A DNA stretch of 64,000 nucleotides from the NCBI RefSeq assembly GCF_000143415.4, contig NW_003314267.1, forward strand, positions 124,001-188,000, in the 5' to 3' direction. The notes beneath the pieces are model-generated. The model did not search any database, was not told the DNA's origin, and worked only from the letters and a program-made list of their open reading frames with translations. How positions within the stretch are numbered: position 1 is the stretch's first letter; every line of letters begins with the position of its first letter. This stretch comes from Selaginella moellendorffii (taxonomy: Eukaryota > Plantae > Lycopodiophyta). Positions 49,996-62,283 of this stretch are shown piece by piece. The translations under genes were made by a program, and so were the position numbers.

Positions 49996-51976
49996 ATGTG
50001 GAAGGTCCGGAGAGCAGCGGCGTGTTCCTCATCGCTTCGCAAATGGTATTTCGAGCTTTTCTTGCTTGGTCTCGATTGTCTCGCTTGCTTTCTCGCGCTC
50101 CAGGTGCTTTACAGAGAAGAATGTGCCTCGGTGCTCACCGGGACTAGGGAGCTCGGATTCAAGAGCGGCATTTGCGAGACGGTGCTTCTCTCGAGCGCTG
50201 CTGCCTGGTGACGCGACCAGCTACGTGAAAACCAGCCGGGGTCTCTCTTTCTCGTATCGGGGCTTCGCCACCAGGCACGACAGCGCCTCCGACCTGTCCG
50301 AGAGCGACGAGTTTGAAGAGCCCGAATCGAGCAGCAGCCTAAAAGAGATCGAGGACGAGCCAGAGGAGACCAAGGAGGATGAAGACGAGGAAGAGGAGGA
50401 ACACGAGGACGTGAACTCGCACGAGCCGGTTACCGTGAAGTCTGTGGAGAAATCGAAGTCTGAGAGGCGGCTTACGCTGGCTCACAGTGACAAGCTGGAG
50501 CAAGAGCTTCTCGCGAGGATCTTTGCTTGCAAGAAGGACGAGAGTATGTCCTCGGTGCTGGACAAGTGGAAGGAGGAAGGGAAAGATCTCACCGTGAGCA
50601 TGATCGTGACGGTAATCAACAGGCTGAAGAACTCTAACCGGATGGCTCATGCCTTGGAGGTAAGAAAGAAAAGTTTCGGTTTCGTTCTTCTGTTTTTTAA
50701 CTTCTCTTCTACTTTGCTAGATGATCGAGTGGGTNNNNNNNNNNNNNNNNNNNNNNNNNNNNNNNNNNNNNNNNNNNNNNNNNNNNNNNNNNNNNNNNNN
50801 NNNNNNNNNNNNNNNNNNNNNNNNNNNNNNNNNNTCGAGATAACTGCGAGGTCCAAGGGGATCGCGGCCGCTGAGAAGCTGTTTGAGGAGCTCTCGGCCG
50901 AGGAGAAGACCCGGCCCGTGTACAACGCTCTCCTCACTCGCTACGTCTTTCTCCACAATGTGAAGAAGGCCGAGGGGCTGTTCGAGGAGATGGACAAGGC
51001 CGGCTTCCTGTCCCAGAGCCCCTTCGCGCTCAACCTCATGATGAAGCTCTACAAGCACAAGGGCGACAACGCAAAGTTCCAGGAGATGCTGGAGAAGGCC
51101 AAGGACGTGGCGGTGGAGCCGAACATCTTCACGTACAACGTGATGCTGGACCTCAAGGCCAAGGCCGGGGACGTCGAAGGCATGGAGAAGATCTTCGAGG
51201 AGATGAAGCTCAATCCAAACGCCAAGCCGGACGGGACCTCCTACTTCACGCTCTGCAAAGGCTACCTCAAGGCCGGGCTCACCGACAAGGCGGAGGTGAG
51301 CCTCCTGCGGATGGAAGTCGGGCCCTTCCGGAGGACGAAGGCGACGTTCGAGTACATGATGCTGGCTTACGGTCAGCTGGGACTGATCTCGGACGTGGAG
51401 CGGATGTGGCAGAAGTGCAAGATGGTTCCAGGCGATGGATTCAACAGCTTTCTGGCGTTCCAGCGGGCGATGGCGCTGGCAGGGGAGGTGCAGAGGGTGG
51501 ATTCGATGTTCAAGCATATGGACAAGTGGAAGCGGAGCAAAACGGTGGACTTGAAGCGGCACAACAACCTGCTGCTGGCGTACTACAAGAAGGGGATGAA
51601 GTGCGAGATCAAGGAGCTGGAGAAGAAGATGAACGAGATGGATCTGAGGGTGACGCTGGTGGACTGGGAGAAGGAGCCGATCAAGATGAGCAAGGCGGCC
51701 AAGGCGGTGGTGAGGAAGGACAAGGAGAAGGAGACGGCGGCGAGGAAGGGGCTGGAGGAGGCAGTGGAGAAGGCGGACGTGAAGGCGGCGGAGAGCGCGT
51801 TTGAGAAGTGCAAGGCGGGCAACATGGCCAAGGTTGGGGTGTGGAACAAGCTGCTCAAGGCATACGTGAATGCGCAGGTACCCGCCTATGGATTCTTGCA
51901 AAGGATGAAGGCGGAGGGGGTGGAGGCGAACGAGGAGACGCATAGTCTGCTCAAGAAGTTGCAAGTTGAGGCTTGA
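49996..51976 (+). CDS. P-class PPR protein, PPR596-like, probably mitochondrial; interrupted by an assembly gap
   Basis: MWKVRRAAACSSSLRKW|CFTEK targeting-like start (intron ~50046-50103), acidic tract, 35-aa P repeats (VYNALL, PNIFTYNVML), C-terminus AYVNAQVPAYGFLQRMKAEGV. Confidence 0.88.
50735..50834. other. Assembly gap (100 N)
   Basis: Run of n in the sequence. Confidence 1.
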
Positions 51977-52249
51977 CAATCTTTTAGCTCTTTTATCAAC
52001 TTAGCAAAAAAGACCCTTGTACGGTTAAGACTGTTTTACGGTTTAGGTTATAGGGATATTTCTTGAGGGCCACGTGACCAGAATGCATTTTTACGCACAA
52101 AAGGGTTTAAAGATATATGCTTCATATTTTTATAAAGGGTACATATAAAGATATATATCTTTATATCTTTATACCATACATTGATACATAGTCAAATCAC
52201 AAAAGTAGATCATCAACTCACATTTTTTATAAGAAGCAAAGGTAGTGGT

Positions 52250-54290
52250 GGATGACACAACAAATGTTTTAACTGTGATGGTGAAAGATTGTTTAATCAA
52301 CCAACAATGTCCAACTATGATCATGCTACATATGTTAAAGAAGGGATTCTATTAAGGGATTTTTAGAAGTGGATAATGAAGTTTTAAAAAGGTATCATTA
52401 GGACATCTAGGGCCAAAGGAAAGAGAAAAAAAAATGAAAAAATGGAGCTGAGCTTCAAAACTTAATAAGGATGCAAATATTAAGAAGCCAGAGTTTGTAG
52501 TTGAGATGTTGTGAAGATCTTAGTAGGGGATTTTTTTTAGGCAATAACATAACTTTGCAATGGAGATTCTTGAGAGGGATTATAGAAGGGAATCTTATTG
52601 ATGTAAGATGTGGTGCTGGAGATTCCAAAGGGGAATCTACCTATTTGTGAGGAACTAGATGGGGGTAAGTGTGGTTTAATGTGGTGCATTACAAGAAGGG
52701 AGTAGAGCAAGGAGGATGATAACAAGGAATCCTTGAATGGGAGAATTATGAACAAGTTTCAAGTCATGTTCACTAGAGGAAAAACTTATAATGTAGAGAT
52801 AGAATATAGTGAAAGGGAACCTAATGGAATTGAGGCTATATTAAAAGAATCATACTTGGGGAGGTGTTTAGATTTCAGAAGGGAATTCTATAATATGGTG
52901 ACCAGTGAGGAATTCTAAAGAGAGTCCTACTAAGATGGCAAATAAGGGATTTGTAATGTTGTTGCAATCAAGTATTTGAGGCACTTGTGAGGGAGATTTG
53001 CAATAGGGATGGATTGTGTTCAAGTGGCAATAAGATATGGTGTGGCCAATTCTAAAATAGTGACTATCAAGACAGTATTAGATCAAGTTCAAGAGATTGA
53101 TATGACTAGTAAAGTTCCTCTTGTTGCAAGAAAATTGGAAATGTGCAAGTGGAGATTCCAGAAGGGAATCCACTTGTTTTCACAAGTTTGTGCATGTAAC
53201 GCACCTAAATTTGGAGTTAAATTCTAAACCCATTATGCTACGAAACAAGGATACCTAAATTTACATTCACAAAATTGCCCTTGAACTAGGATGCAAATTT
53301 AATTTGCATCCTCACAACTTCTAACAAAGCAGGGTGTAGGGAGTGAGCATAACCCCACTGCACCTGCAACAAAGCTGCATGAGCTAATTAGGGCAATGAT
53401 GTGGATGGTGGAGCTAAGGTATTCTAAGATCTTGAGAATCTCAAAGTTGAAGAATAAAAGTGGGAAGCAATAGGGAATAAAGGTTAAGTTAGTTTTCACC
53501 CTACCCCTTGGGGATTTTGTGTTTAACAATGTTACTTGGAGTGTGAATTGGAATAAGGAGTGTTTGCACTTTGTATGCATTTTGAGTGTTTCCATCAGTG
53601 TTCGAAATAACTCGGAGTGAGTGGGAGATCTTGTGTTGGCATTTGCAGTGTGCTGCAAGGTTGGGTTATATGTACATATTTGTTTTGCTCCCACTAGCAA
53701 GTAGAAAGCAACCAAGTTGTATTAGCAAGAGATCAAAAAAGCATTATTATGCTGACATTTTAAATATTCCATGCCACCTAGCTTGAGTGATAAGTTTGGA
53801 TGGTATATGCCATCTAAACTGATCTAAGACATAAGGGGATTAAAATCTGCAAGGTGGAGGAGGCTAGTGTGCTGGCAAAGACATGGAGAACTGGCCAAAA
53901 CAATGTTGTGGAAAATCAAATTCAAGATGGTTGCAAATCTCTAAAATGGGTAAATACATTAGGTAATGCAATCAAGAGGAGATCCAAAAGGATCAGGAGT
54001 GGATACTATGTGCCACTAACTGAGATCCTCTATAAAGGACACTCCATGATTTAAGTCCTAGGAATCACTAGTAAGTGCCTTTAAATACAGGATTCTCTAG
54101 AGGGGATGGGATGGAGGCTTGGCTTCTACCTTCACTTCTTCTCCTTGCCTTTTATACCTGGCTTATAATGTAGCCTTGAGCTTGTGTGAGAGCATCCCAT
54201 GGCTTGCCAATAGTAACATAATGGCCTTGGGACTATCATCTTCAATGTGAATGCTTCCAATGTGTGGAGCATAGTTACACACAAATGTGT
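52250..54290 (+). mobile_element. Heavily decayed retrotransposon-like relic; boundaries approximate
   Basis: Purine-rich, CpG-poor DNA with many stops and faint protease-like (~53395) and RT-like (SKLDL-type, ~53810) remnants. Confidence 0.4.
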
Positions 54291-56503
54291 TTGTCTAGAA
54301 ATTTTGTCTTGGCAAACATTTGCTGCCCGTGTTTGTTAAACCATGTTCAAGAATATTCTTTTCTGTTAGGGCTCTTGAGCTGAGTGACACGATGCTGAGG
54401 AGAGAAGGGACTCTAGTGATATGGAGAAGGATTGGGCATTGGCAAACGATCTGAAAATGCTCAATATTCCTGGATTTAAGCATTGCCATGGAGGTTCTTC
54501 ATGGAAATATTAAGAATCTTTAACATTTTTTAGGGTTTTCTTAGTTTGTTGACAATGACCGCATTTGAACGTTTTCATGTTTGCTAAGTACTCTACGTGG
54601 AGAGTGGCTGGACGGAAAGATCTCTCACAGGCCTGCAAATGCCTGTGAAGGGGAATTTGTGGGAGCTGGTGCGTTGGGAGCCTACCAAACAGGCGGCCGA
54701 GCAGTGAATTAGAGAACCTTGGGCGAGAGCTTGGAGGAAGTTGCCCTTGATTCCTGGCCTGGTCCTATAGGGATGTGGATGGTACAAGCGATAGCTGCTA
54801 GCTTTACTAGCAATACGAAACTAGAAAACATTAAATTAACTGCTATATGAATCACTCAGATTTCTCGCAATGGCATCAAAAACATCATCTACCAGAACAG
54901 CCATATCATGGTTGATGTTCTTTACGCAATAGCCATGGATAATTTCTCGGCCCTTCAGAGGCTTTCACCACTTCGGCTGGCTGTTCCTTGTTCAGTACAG
55001 TCACTATACCTGAATGGTTGATCTACTCAGAAGAGCCAGATGGCACTGTCTTTTGGCGAGCCACACGTGGGGATATGGGTGACACAGATCAAGCTGAAGG
55101 GATTTCGTAACTGGTGGATTGAGCAGCAGCTCAAAGACCACCTAAGGAGGAATATTTATTATTTGACCTGTACCCTGTCATTGGGGGTCCGGGAGGAGCT
55201 ATGCTTGAGGCGGCAATCCGGTAAATAACGAGCCTTCTTCCAAAACCTAGATATCTTACTTGGTTACACGTACATTGCAAAGCATGTCAAATGTTTGTGA
55301 CAAACATAAACCTTAGCTGAAATACAAGATCAACTTTGGTCTATAAGATTGCTCAATTCAATATTTTATAGTTCACTTTATATTTCAAAAGCTCTTAAAT
55401 ATACAGATATGTAACAATTAACATAAAGGTACTATAAGTAAATTATATAATACTTTATTCCCGGCAGTGACGTGGACATTGCGTGACATTTATTTTATAA
55501 TTTTATAATTTTTATTTTATTTATTACATCTGAAACTTTATTTTGTATTTTATAAAGTAAAAAATTTATTTTTTATTTTTATGTCATATATATGATTTCT
55601 TAATTCAGCAGTTTGAATGATATTTTTAAATTTAAATGTTTCTACTAAATTCATCACAAATATATCCAAGAAAATATGCAACAACACTTTGTTTTGTGTT
55701 ATTCCTGTTTATCATTATGTAATAATGAATTGATCACAGCATAATTTGAGTTTATAATGTGTATTATAAACATATTTAACACATGAAGTATATAATTATA
55801 AATATGTTTGTAAACACAAGATCAATCTCATTGCATAATAAACTAGAATATATTAGAAAGTGTTTAGGAAAGTTTGATGGTGGAATATCCCAGAATATTT
55901 ATGCACAAGTGAATTAATAAATACATAAATAATTATAAGTGATTTTCAAAAAATTATATATGGAACATGGAAAAAGTAATATTAAAAATATTTTATAACA
56001 TTCTTAGAAACTTGAAAATATAAACTACAATTAATGAAGAGATTATATATATAGGCTACCTGTTTTATATACGGAGGCTACCTGTTTGATCGCGCTCAAG
56101 GCTGCCCGACAAGACAGGATCATGTCGTTGGCATCTCACACTGGGGATTGTTCTTATGGTCTGGCCTGAGTTCCGCTTTCTAACGATTTCTAACGAAGTT
56201 GATATATATATATTAATTAGTTTCTTTAAGTAAAGAGATAAACCATGCAGGTACTGGCACAAGTTTGCGCTCTACTCCACAGTCAGTGACAAAAGCTGCT
56301 AAAGATCACCTTGCTGCAGAAACCATCCATGGCCGTTGGGTGACGAACGCTCTCGTAGATGATGTTTATCATATAGTAGTTAAGTTTGCTTGGACCTCCC
56401 TGCGAGCTCCTCAGTGAGGATCTTGGCTCGTCAGATGAAATTTTTTCGTGGAGGAAACTTTTGAGAACCTTGAGCTGCGCTCTCTTCTCCGTCATGGCAA
56501 TGC

Positions 56504-59500
56504 TCACCGGACGATCTCCACACACACCTTCCCTGTGCCATAAAATTCCCCAAGTTGTTTGTAACTGTCGTCCTTATGATCGTAAAAGAGGTGTACTGGT
56601 CCATCCTCCCGAGAAGGAAGCCCGCAAGTTGCTCTGTCCACTTTTCTTCTTCTACCACCAAACCATGTTGCAAGACGGCCAAGAAGATCCGCTTGCTCGG
56701 CAGCCGCAGGAAAGGCTCCACTCGTCTTCTCAACTCCATCACGATCCTCCTCCCCACTTGGCACTTCTTCCTGCACAGCTATGACAACGTCGAGATTCCC
56801 CTGCTCGTTGTGTCGGGAAGGAACTGGCGCTTGATCATGGTTCGCTACTTCTTCCACAGCGGAAGCTGGAGCTTGATCACGCACACCTATGACAACGTCC
56901 AGCTCGTTGATTCTGGGAGAAGCTGCTTCCTCCACAGCTGTTCCCTTCAAGCTCGACTCAGTAACCTCCAGATCTGCCACTTCTTTGATCATACTTGTCA
57001 CGGGCTTTTCATCCTGCTCCTCCCAGTTTTCCAGAGCATTCCCCGTGTTGCCAGCCGAGTCTTCTTTCTCGAGAAGCTTGAAATGGATGTCGAGGGAGCG
57101 AGCACACCAATCCATCCATTGCCTCCTACGAGCGAGTGTTTCTTCTAAACCAGCGATAAACTCAGCTCCGAGTACATCACCACCATTCTTGCTAGCGGGC
57201 TGAATCTCATGCCCAGGCTTGAATTTCGTGGCATCTGCAAAACAATTGAATGGTTACTGAATCAAATTCAGAATCAAGTTACCTTCTTTGATAGTAGAGG
57301 CATGACTAGAAAAGCTGTTACAGTCATGTCTCATTCCTTTGTCTCCATCTCTCCAATCTTGCTTGTCCGGCTCGATCCACTCCCACAATGACGCAGGAAC
57401 ATGCTCGAAATCAAGCACCATCTTGGTTTCGCTATTAATCGCACCTGCAGAACAATCGTAGCTAAGCTTTCTATCATGAAAAACTTTAGATCGTCTTACC
57501 TTTGTAATAATTCTCGAGCTCAGCGGTGTAGTCGTTGAAGAAGTCAATATGAGACTCCCTTCTCCTTCTCATCTTATCCTCGTCCATGATCGCAGGCTCG
57601 TGAACAAGCCAAGAAAAGTCTGATCTCCAAGCCTGGATCGAGTTTTCCTTGAGCTGCGCGTCGTAGTAGTCGATGTGATAAGCGTGGTACTTCACTCTCT
57701 TGCGGAGTCGAGACACTTCCATAGCAGATTCCCAGTCAAGATGGTCTCTCTTTTGGCGGCGTGGAAGGCCGAGGATTTGGCTGCGAGGAACTTGGTCACT
57801 CTCCACCATCTCGACTTCCAGAGGCTGAGATTTCCTCTCCTTTGCATCTGAAAGAACCACCATCCTCTCGTCACTATCAAGATTCTTGGGAGTCCTGACA
57901 AGTTGATCCCCCTCAATCTGGTCACCTGTAAACGAATGACGTGTGAGTTCTACATATCCCTGCAGAGAGTGATCATACCTTCGATAAAGATGATGCATTC
58001 TTCACTTGTCTTCTCAACTCCGTTCGCTATTTCCTCCACAGCTGTTGCCTTCAAGCTAATCTCAGCAACGCCCAGATCTGCCAATGAGTCTCTGTGTGAA
58101 CTTGTCACAAGCGTTTCTTCTTCTTCATGATCCGACTCATCCTGCTCCTCGCACTTTTCCAGGGCATTATTTGTGTTGCCAAAGTCTCCTTCCTCAAGAA
58201 GCTTGAAATGGATGTTGAGGGAGCGAGCGCACCGATCAATCCATTGCCTTCGACGAGCGAGTGTTTCTTCTAAACCAGCGATAAACTCAGCTCCGAGTAC
58301 GTCACCACCAATCTTGCTAGCGGCCTGAACCTCATGGCCATGCTTGACTCTCATGGCATCTGCAAAACAATTGAATGTTTACTGGATCAAACTGAGAATC
58401 ACATTACCTTGTTCGATAGTAGAAGCCCGACCAAAAAAGCTGTTACTTCCCTTGAGATCTCCATCGCTCCAATCTTGATTATCCGCCTTGATCCAATCTC
58501 CCAATGACGCAGGAACATGTTTGAAATCAAGCTCCATGCAAGCCAAGGACATGTGCTCCACCATCTTGATTTCGCTGTTAATCGCACCTGCAAAAACATT
58601 CGTAGATAAGCTTTTTATCATCGAAGAATTTAGATCCTCGAACCTTTGTCCCTCATTTTCTGGAGATCTTTGTCACTCCAGTCTTGAATATTCGCCTTGA
58701 TCCATTCAGAAGGAGCGTGCTTGTACTCAAGCTTCATGCAGTTAGTCGCACCTGCAAAACAATCGTAGATAGGCTTTCTATCATCGATGAATTTTGGATA
58801 CTCAAACCTTTGTTGTTCTCGAGTATATTGCTGTAGGAGTCAATATCCATTCTCCTTCTCATTTCATCCTCGTCCGCGATCTCAGGCTCGTGAACAGATG
58901 CGTGGTACATCGCTCTCTTGTGGACTTCGATAGCCCGTTCAAATCCCCGCGGTGGAAGGCCGACGATTTGGCTGCAAGGAACTTGGCCACTCTCCACCAT
59001 CTCGACTTCCAGAGGCTGAGAGTTCCTCTCCTCTGCATCGTCCCTGTATGAAAGGTCCACCATACTATCGAGATTCCTGGGAGTCCTGACAAGTTGATCC
59101 CCCTCGATCTGTTCACCTGTAAACGAATGACATTAGTTTCTAATAACCGCATGCATTGATCATACCTTCGATAAAGATGACGCATTCAGCTCCACTTGTC
59201 TTCTCACTTCCATTATGATCCTCCTTCAAGCTCAACTCAGTAACGTCACGATCTGTCACGAGCGTTTCTTCTTCTTCATGATCCGACTCATCCTGCTCCT
59301 CACTCTTTTCCAGAGCACTATTTGTGTTTCCAGAGTCTCCTTCCTCAAGAAGCTTGAAATGGATGTTGAGGGAGCGAGCGCACCGATCAATCCATTGCCT
59401 TCGACGAGCGAGTGTTTCTTCTAAACCAGCGATAAACTCAGCTCCGAGTACGTCACCACCATTCTTGCCAGCGGGCTGAATCTCATGGCCAGGCTTGAAT

Positions 59501-61032
59501 CTCGTGGCATCTGCAAAACAATTGAATGGTTACTGAATCAAATTCAGAATCACATTACCTTGTTCGATAGTAGAAGCCTGACCAAGAAAGCTTTTACTTC
59601 CCTTTTGATCTCCATCGCTCCCATCTTGATTATCCGCCTTGATGCACTCCCACAATGACGCAGGAACATGTTTGAAATCAAGCTCCATACAAGCCAAAGA
59701 CATGTGCTCCACCATCTTGATTTCGCTGTTAATCGCACCTGCAAAAACATTCGTAGATAAGCTTTTTATCATCGAAGAATTTAGATCCTCGAACCTTTGT
59801 CCCTCATTTTCTGGAGATCTCTGTCACTCCAGTCTTGAATATTTGCCTTGATCCATTCAGAAGGAGCGTGCTTGTACTCAAGCTTCATGCAGTTAGTCGC
59901 ACCTGCAAAACAATCGTCAATAAGCTTTCTATCATCGATGAATTTTGGATACTCAAACCTTTGTTGTTCTCAAGTATATCGCTGTAGGAGTCAATATCCC
60001 TTCTCCTTCTCATTTCATCCTCATCCACGATCTCAGGCTCGTGAACAGACTTGTGGACTTCGATAGCCCGTTCAAATCCCCGCGGTGGAAGGCCGACGAT
60101 TTGGCTGCAAGGAACTTGGCCACTCTCCACCATCTCGACTTCCAGAGGCTGAGAATTCCTCTCCTCTGCATCGTCCCTGTATGAAAGGTCCACCATACTA
60201 TCAAGATTCCTGGGAGTCCTGACAAGTTGATCCCCCTCGATCTGTTCACCTGTAAACAAATGACATTAGTTTCTAATGACCACCTTGCACTGATCATACC
60301 TTCGATAAAGATGATGCATTCAGCTCCACTTGTCTTCTCACTTCCATTATGATTCTCCTTCAAGCTCAACTCAGTAACGTCAAGATCTGTCACGAGCGTT
60401 TCTTCTTCTTCATGATCCGACTCATCCTGCTCCTCACTCTTTTCCAGAGCACTATTTGTGTTTCCAGAGTCTCCTTCCTCAAGAAGCTTGAAGTGGATGT
60501 TGAGGGAACGAGCGCACCGATCAATCCATTGCCTCCGACGAGCAAGTGTTTCTTCTAAACCAGCGATAAACTCAGCTCCGAGTACGTCACCACCAATCTT
60601 GCTAGCGGCCTGAACCTCATGGCCATGCTTGACTCTCATGGCGTCTGCAAAACAATTGAATGTTTACTGAATCAAACTCACTCAACTCAGAATCAAATGA
60701 CCTTGTTCGAAAGTAGAAGCCTGACCAAAGAAGCTGTTTACATCCACGTCGTGCTCAACCTCGGCAACACCTCCGGCCTGACCAAAGAAGCTGTTTACAT
60801 CCACCTCGCGCTCAACCTCGGCAGCATGTCCGATCCTCTCGTCTTCCTCGCGCACAAGCAAGATGACGGCTCCCTTGTCTGTGCCCGTGTTTAGGGGCAT
60901 AATCGCACGGGATTTGCGGCCGTGCCTCCACAAAAGACCCCACCACAGCGCCATACCCAAGACAAGTAGTCCGATGATCAAAATCGTTGTCTCCACGCTC
61001 ACCATAGCGGCGCCCACCATTCTTACTTCCAT
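56504..61032 (-). CDS. Orphan single-pass membrane protein built from tandem exon cassettes, 13 exons, ~1298 aa
   Basis: Exons 61032-60702, 60644-60300, 60249-59959, 59902-59795, 59738-59559, 59510-59166, 59116-58808, 58751-58644, 58587-58408, 58359-57979, 57925-57500, 57444-57283, 57234-56504. All introns are GT-AG, 48-57 nt and phase 1, and the joined 3897-nt frame has no internal stop. Confidence 0.72.
56900..60730. repeat. ~1.13-kb tandem repeat, ~3.3 copies, underlying the orphan gene
   Basis: The block aaaccagcgataaactcagctccgagtac recurs at about 57147, 58272, 59423 and 60557. Confidence 0.95.
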
Positions 61033-61882
61033 CAGCCCTATTATTTTTTAGTTAGCCCTATTTCGTTTAGCATTTTTTATGTGATCCTCTCTTGATATTA
61101 GGTCATTTGGTTCACAAAAAGGTGGCGGCAAGTTGAAACTAACTAATGGTTGGAAAGAGCCTAGCAGTGCCTTTTTGAAGCATGCTTTGAGACTGGCAGA
61201 GGGTGGGAGTTTTAATCCACATGGAGTAGCAAGATTGAACCATGTGTCCAGCTTAGACTATTCTTTTTCTTCTCACTGCTCTTGAGCTTGTCTGGCTCGC
61301 CAATTAGGGGCCTTCTTGCAGTTGGATTGCTACCGACCAGCTCACAATAGCAAGGGAGTTGCCATGCACAGATTCTTTAATTTATCTTTCCTATTTTTAA
61401 CTTCTTTTGCTACTTTTGAATAAGGGATTTCTAGAAAATAGACTCCACAAACACCATGATCATGCAAAATGAGCAACATTTCATGCTTAAGGAATTCTTA
61501 TTAATGATGATTAATAATATACATCTTTAAACCTTTACTATATATTTAAAGTATATGTTCTAAATATACACTGAAGATTGCTGTAAAACTGGATAAAAGA
61601 ACTTTTAAATTCCACAGCCCCTCGTAGCACGAACACACCGCAGTCGTTTTGTTCCAAGTCACAGTACACCTCCCCCATAAGATCACGTGTTGACGATTGT
61701 GTTCCCAAGGATCACATCAAGGAGCTCATTTTTGCGACTATCCTCTCGTGGGTCGATGCGATCACCCCCAAGCTCATGACTCAGGGGACATAGAGGATGC
61801 TCGGTGCCACCACAGTCTTTATCCCTTGAATCTTCCTGAGTGCCATCTCATGGAATCCGACCACAACATGTACCTCTGATCC

Positions 61883-62282
61883 AGAGACGACACGCTCGAC
61901 AGGATCTTCCAAGAGGGCCGCGTGAAATCCAGCATTGACAATGGCCTCACAGATAGTCTCTACCTGGGAATCTACTACTGTTTAATAGAGTGTATGATGA
62001 GATGGTTGTCACTCCAGTCTCTCTCGCGGCAGTGCTCGGCCTCTTGCTTCTAAAGAATAAAGAAAGAACTTACATCAACCAACCTTGGCCACCCCGGGAG
62101 TCTTTTGAGAGCCTTTTAGCAGTGCATTCCATGCCAGTTACCTTGGAGGGATCGTCCCTGCCGTTCGTGCGTGGCAATGTCGAATTACAGCATTGACATG
62201 GTAATCGTCGATGGATTGCCGTTGCCCGATCCAGCGGCAGTGCTCCTGCCCGCTCGCTGTCCATCCCCTCCCTCGCCGCCCT
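61883..62282. pseudogene. Scrambled fragments of the 5' part of HMA5, including intron sequence
   Basis: 61883-61970 matches 8174-8273, 62046-62150 matches 8324-8494 with deletions, and 62174-62282 matches the reverse complement of 8531-8660. Confidence 0.88.
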
Positions 62283-62283
62283 T

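Noticed and set aside
49934-50103. ORF-track start of the 680-aa PPR
   Set aside because: Non-ATG start that reads through introns and the N gap; ATG 49996 with a GT-AG intron fits better.
50717-51979. 420-aa antisense ORF over the PPR, and alternative-frame ORFs over the RLK kinase (45950-46918) and HMA5 (7204-7806, 7932-8690)
   Set aside because: Expected shadows of high-GC3 coding sequence, with no independent motifs.
56283-57148. Overlapping ORFs at the end of the orphan gene (56283-56525, 56386-56784, 56555-57148)
   Set aside because: Antisense or alternative frames without motifs. A further 3' exon cannot be excluded but is unsupported.
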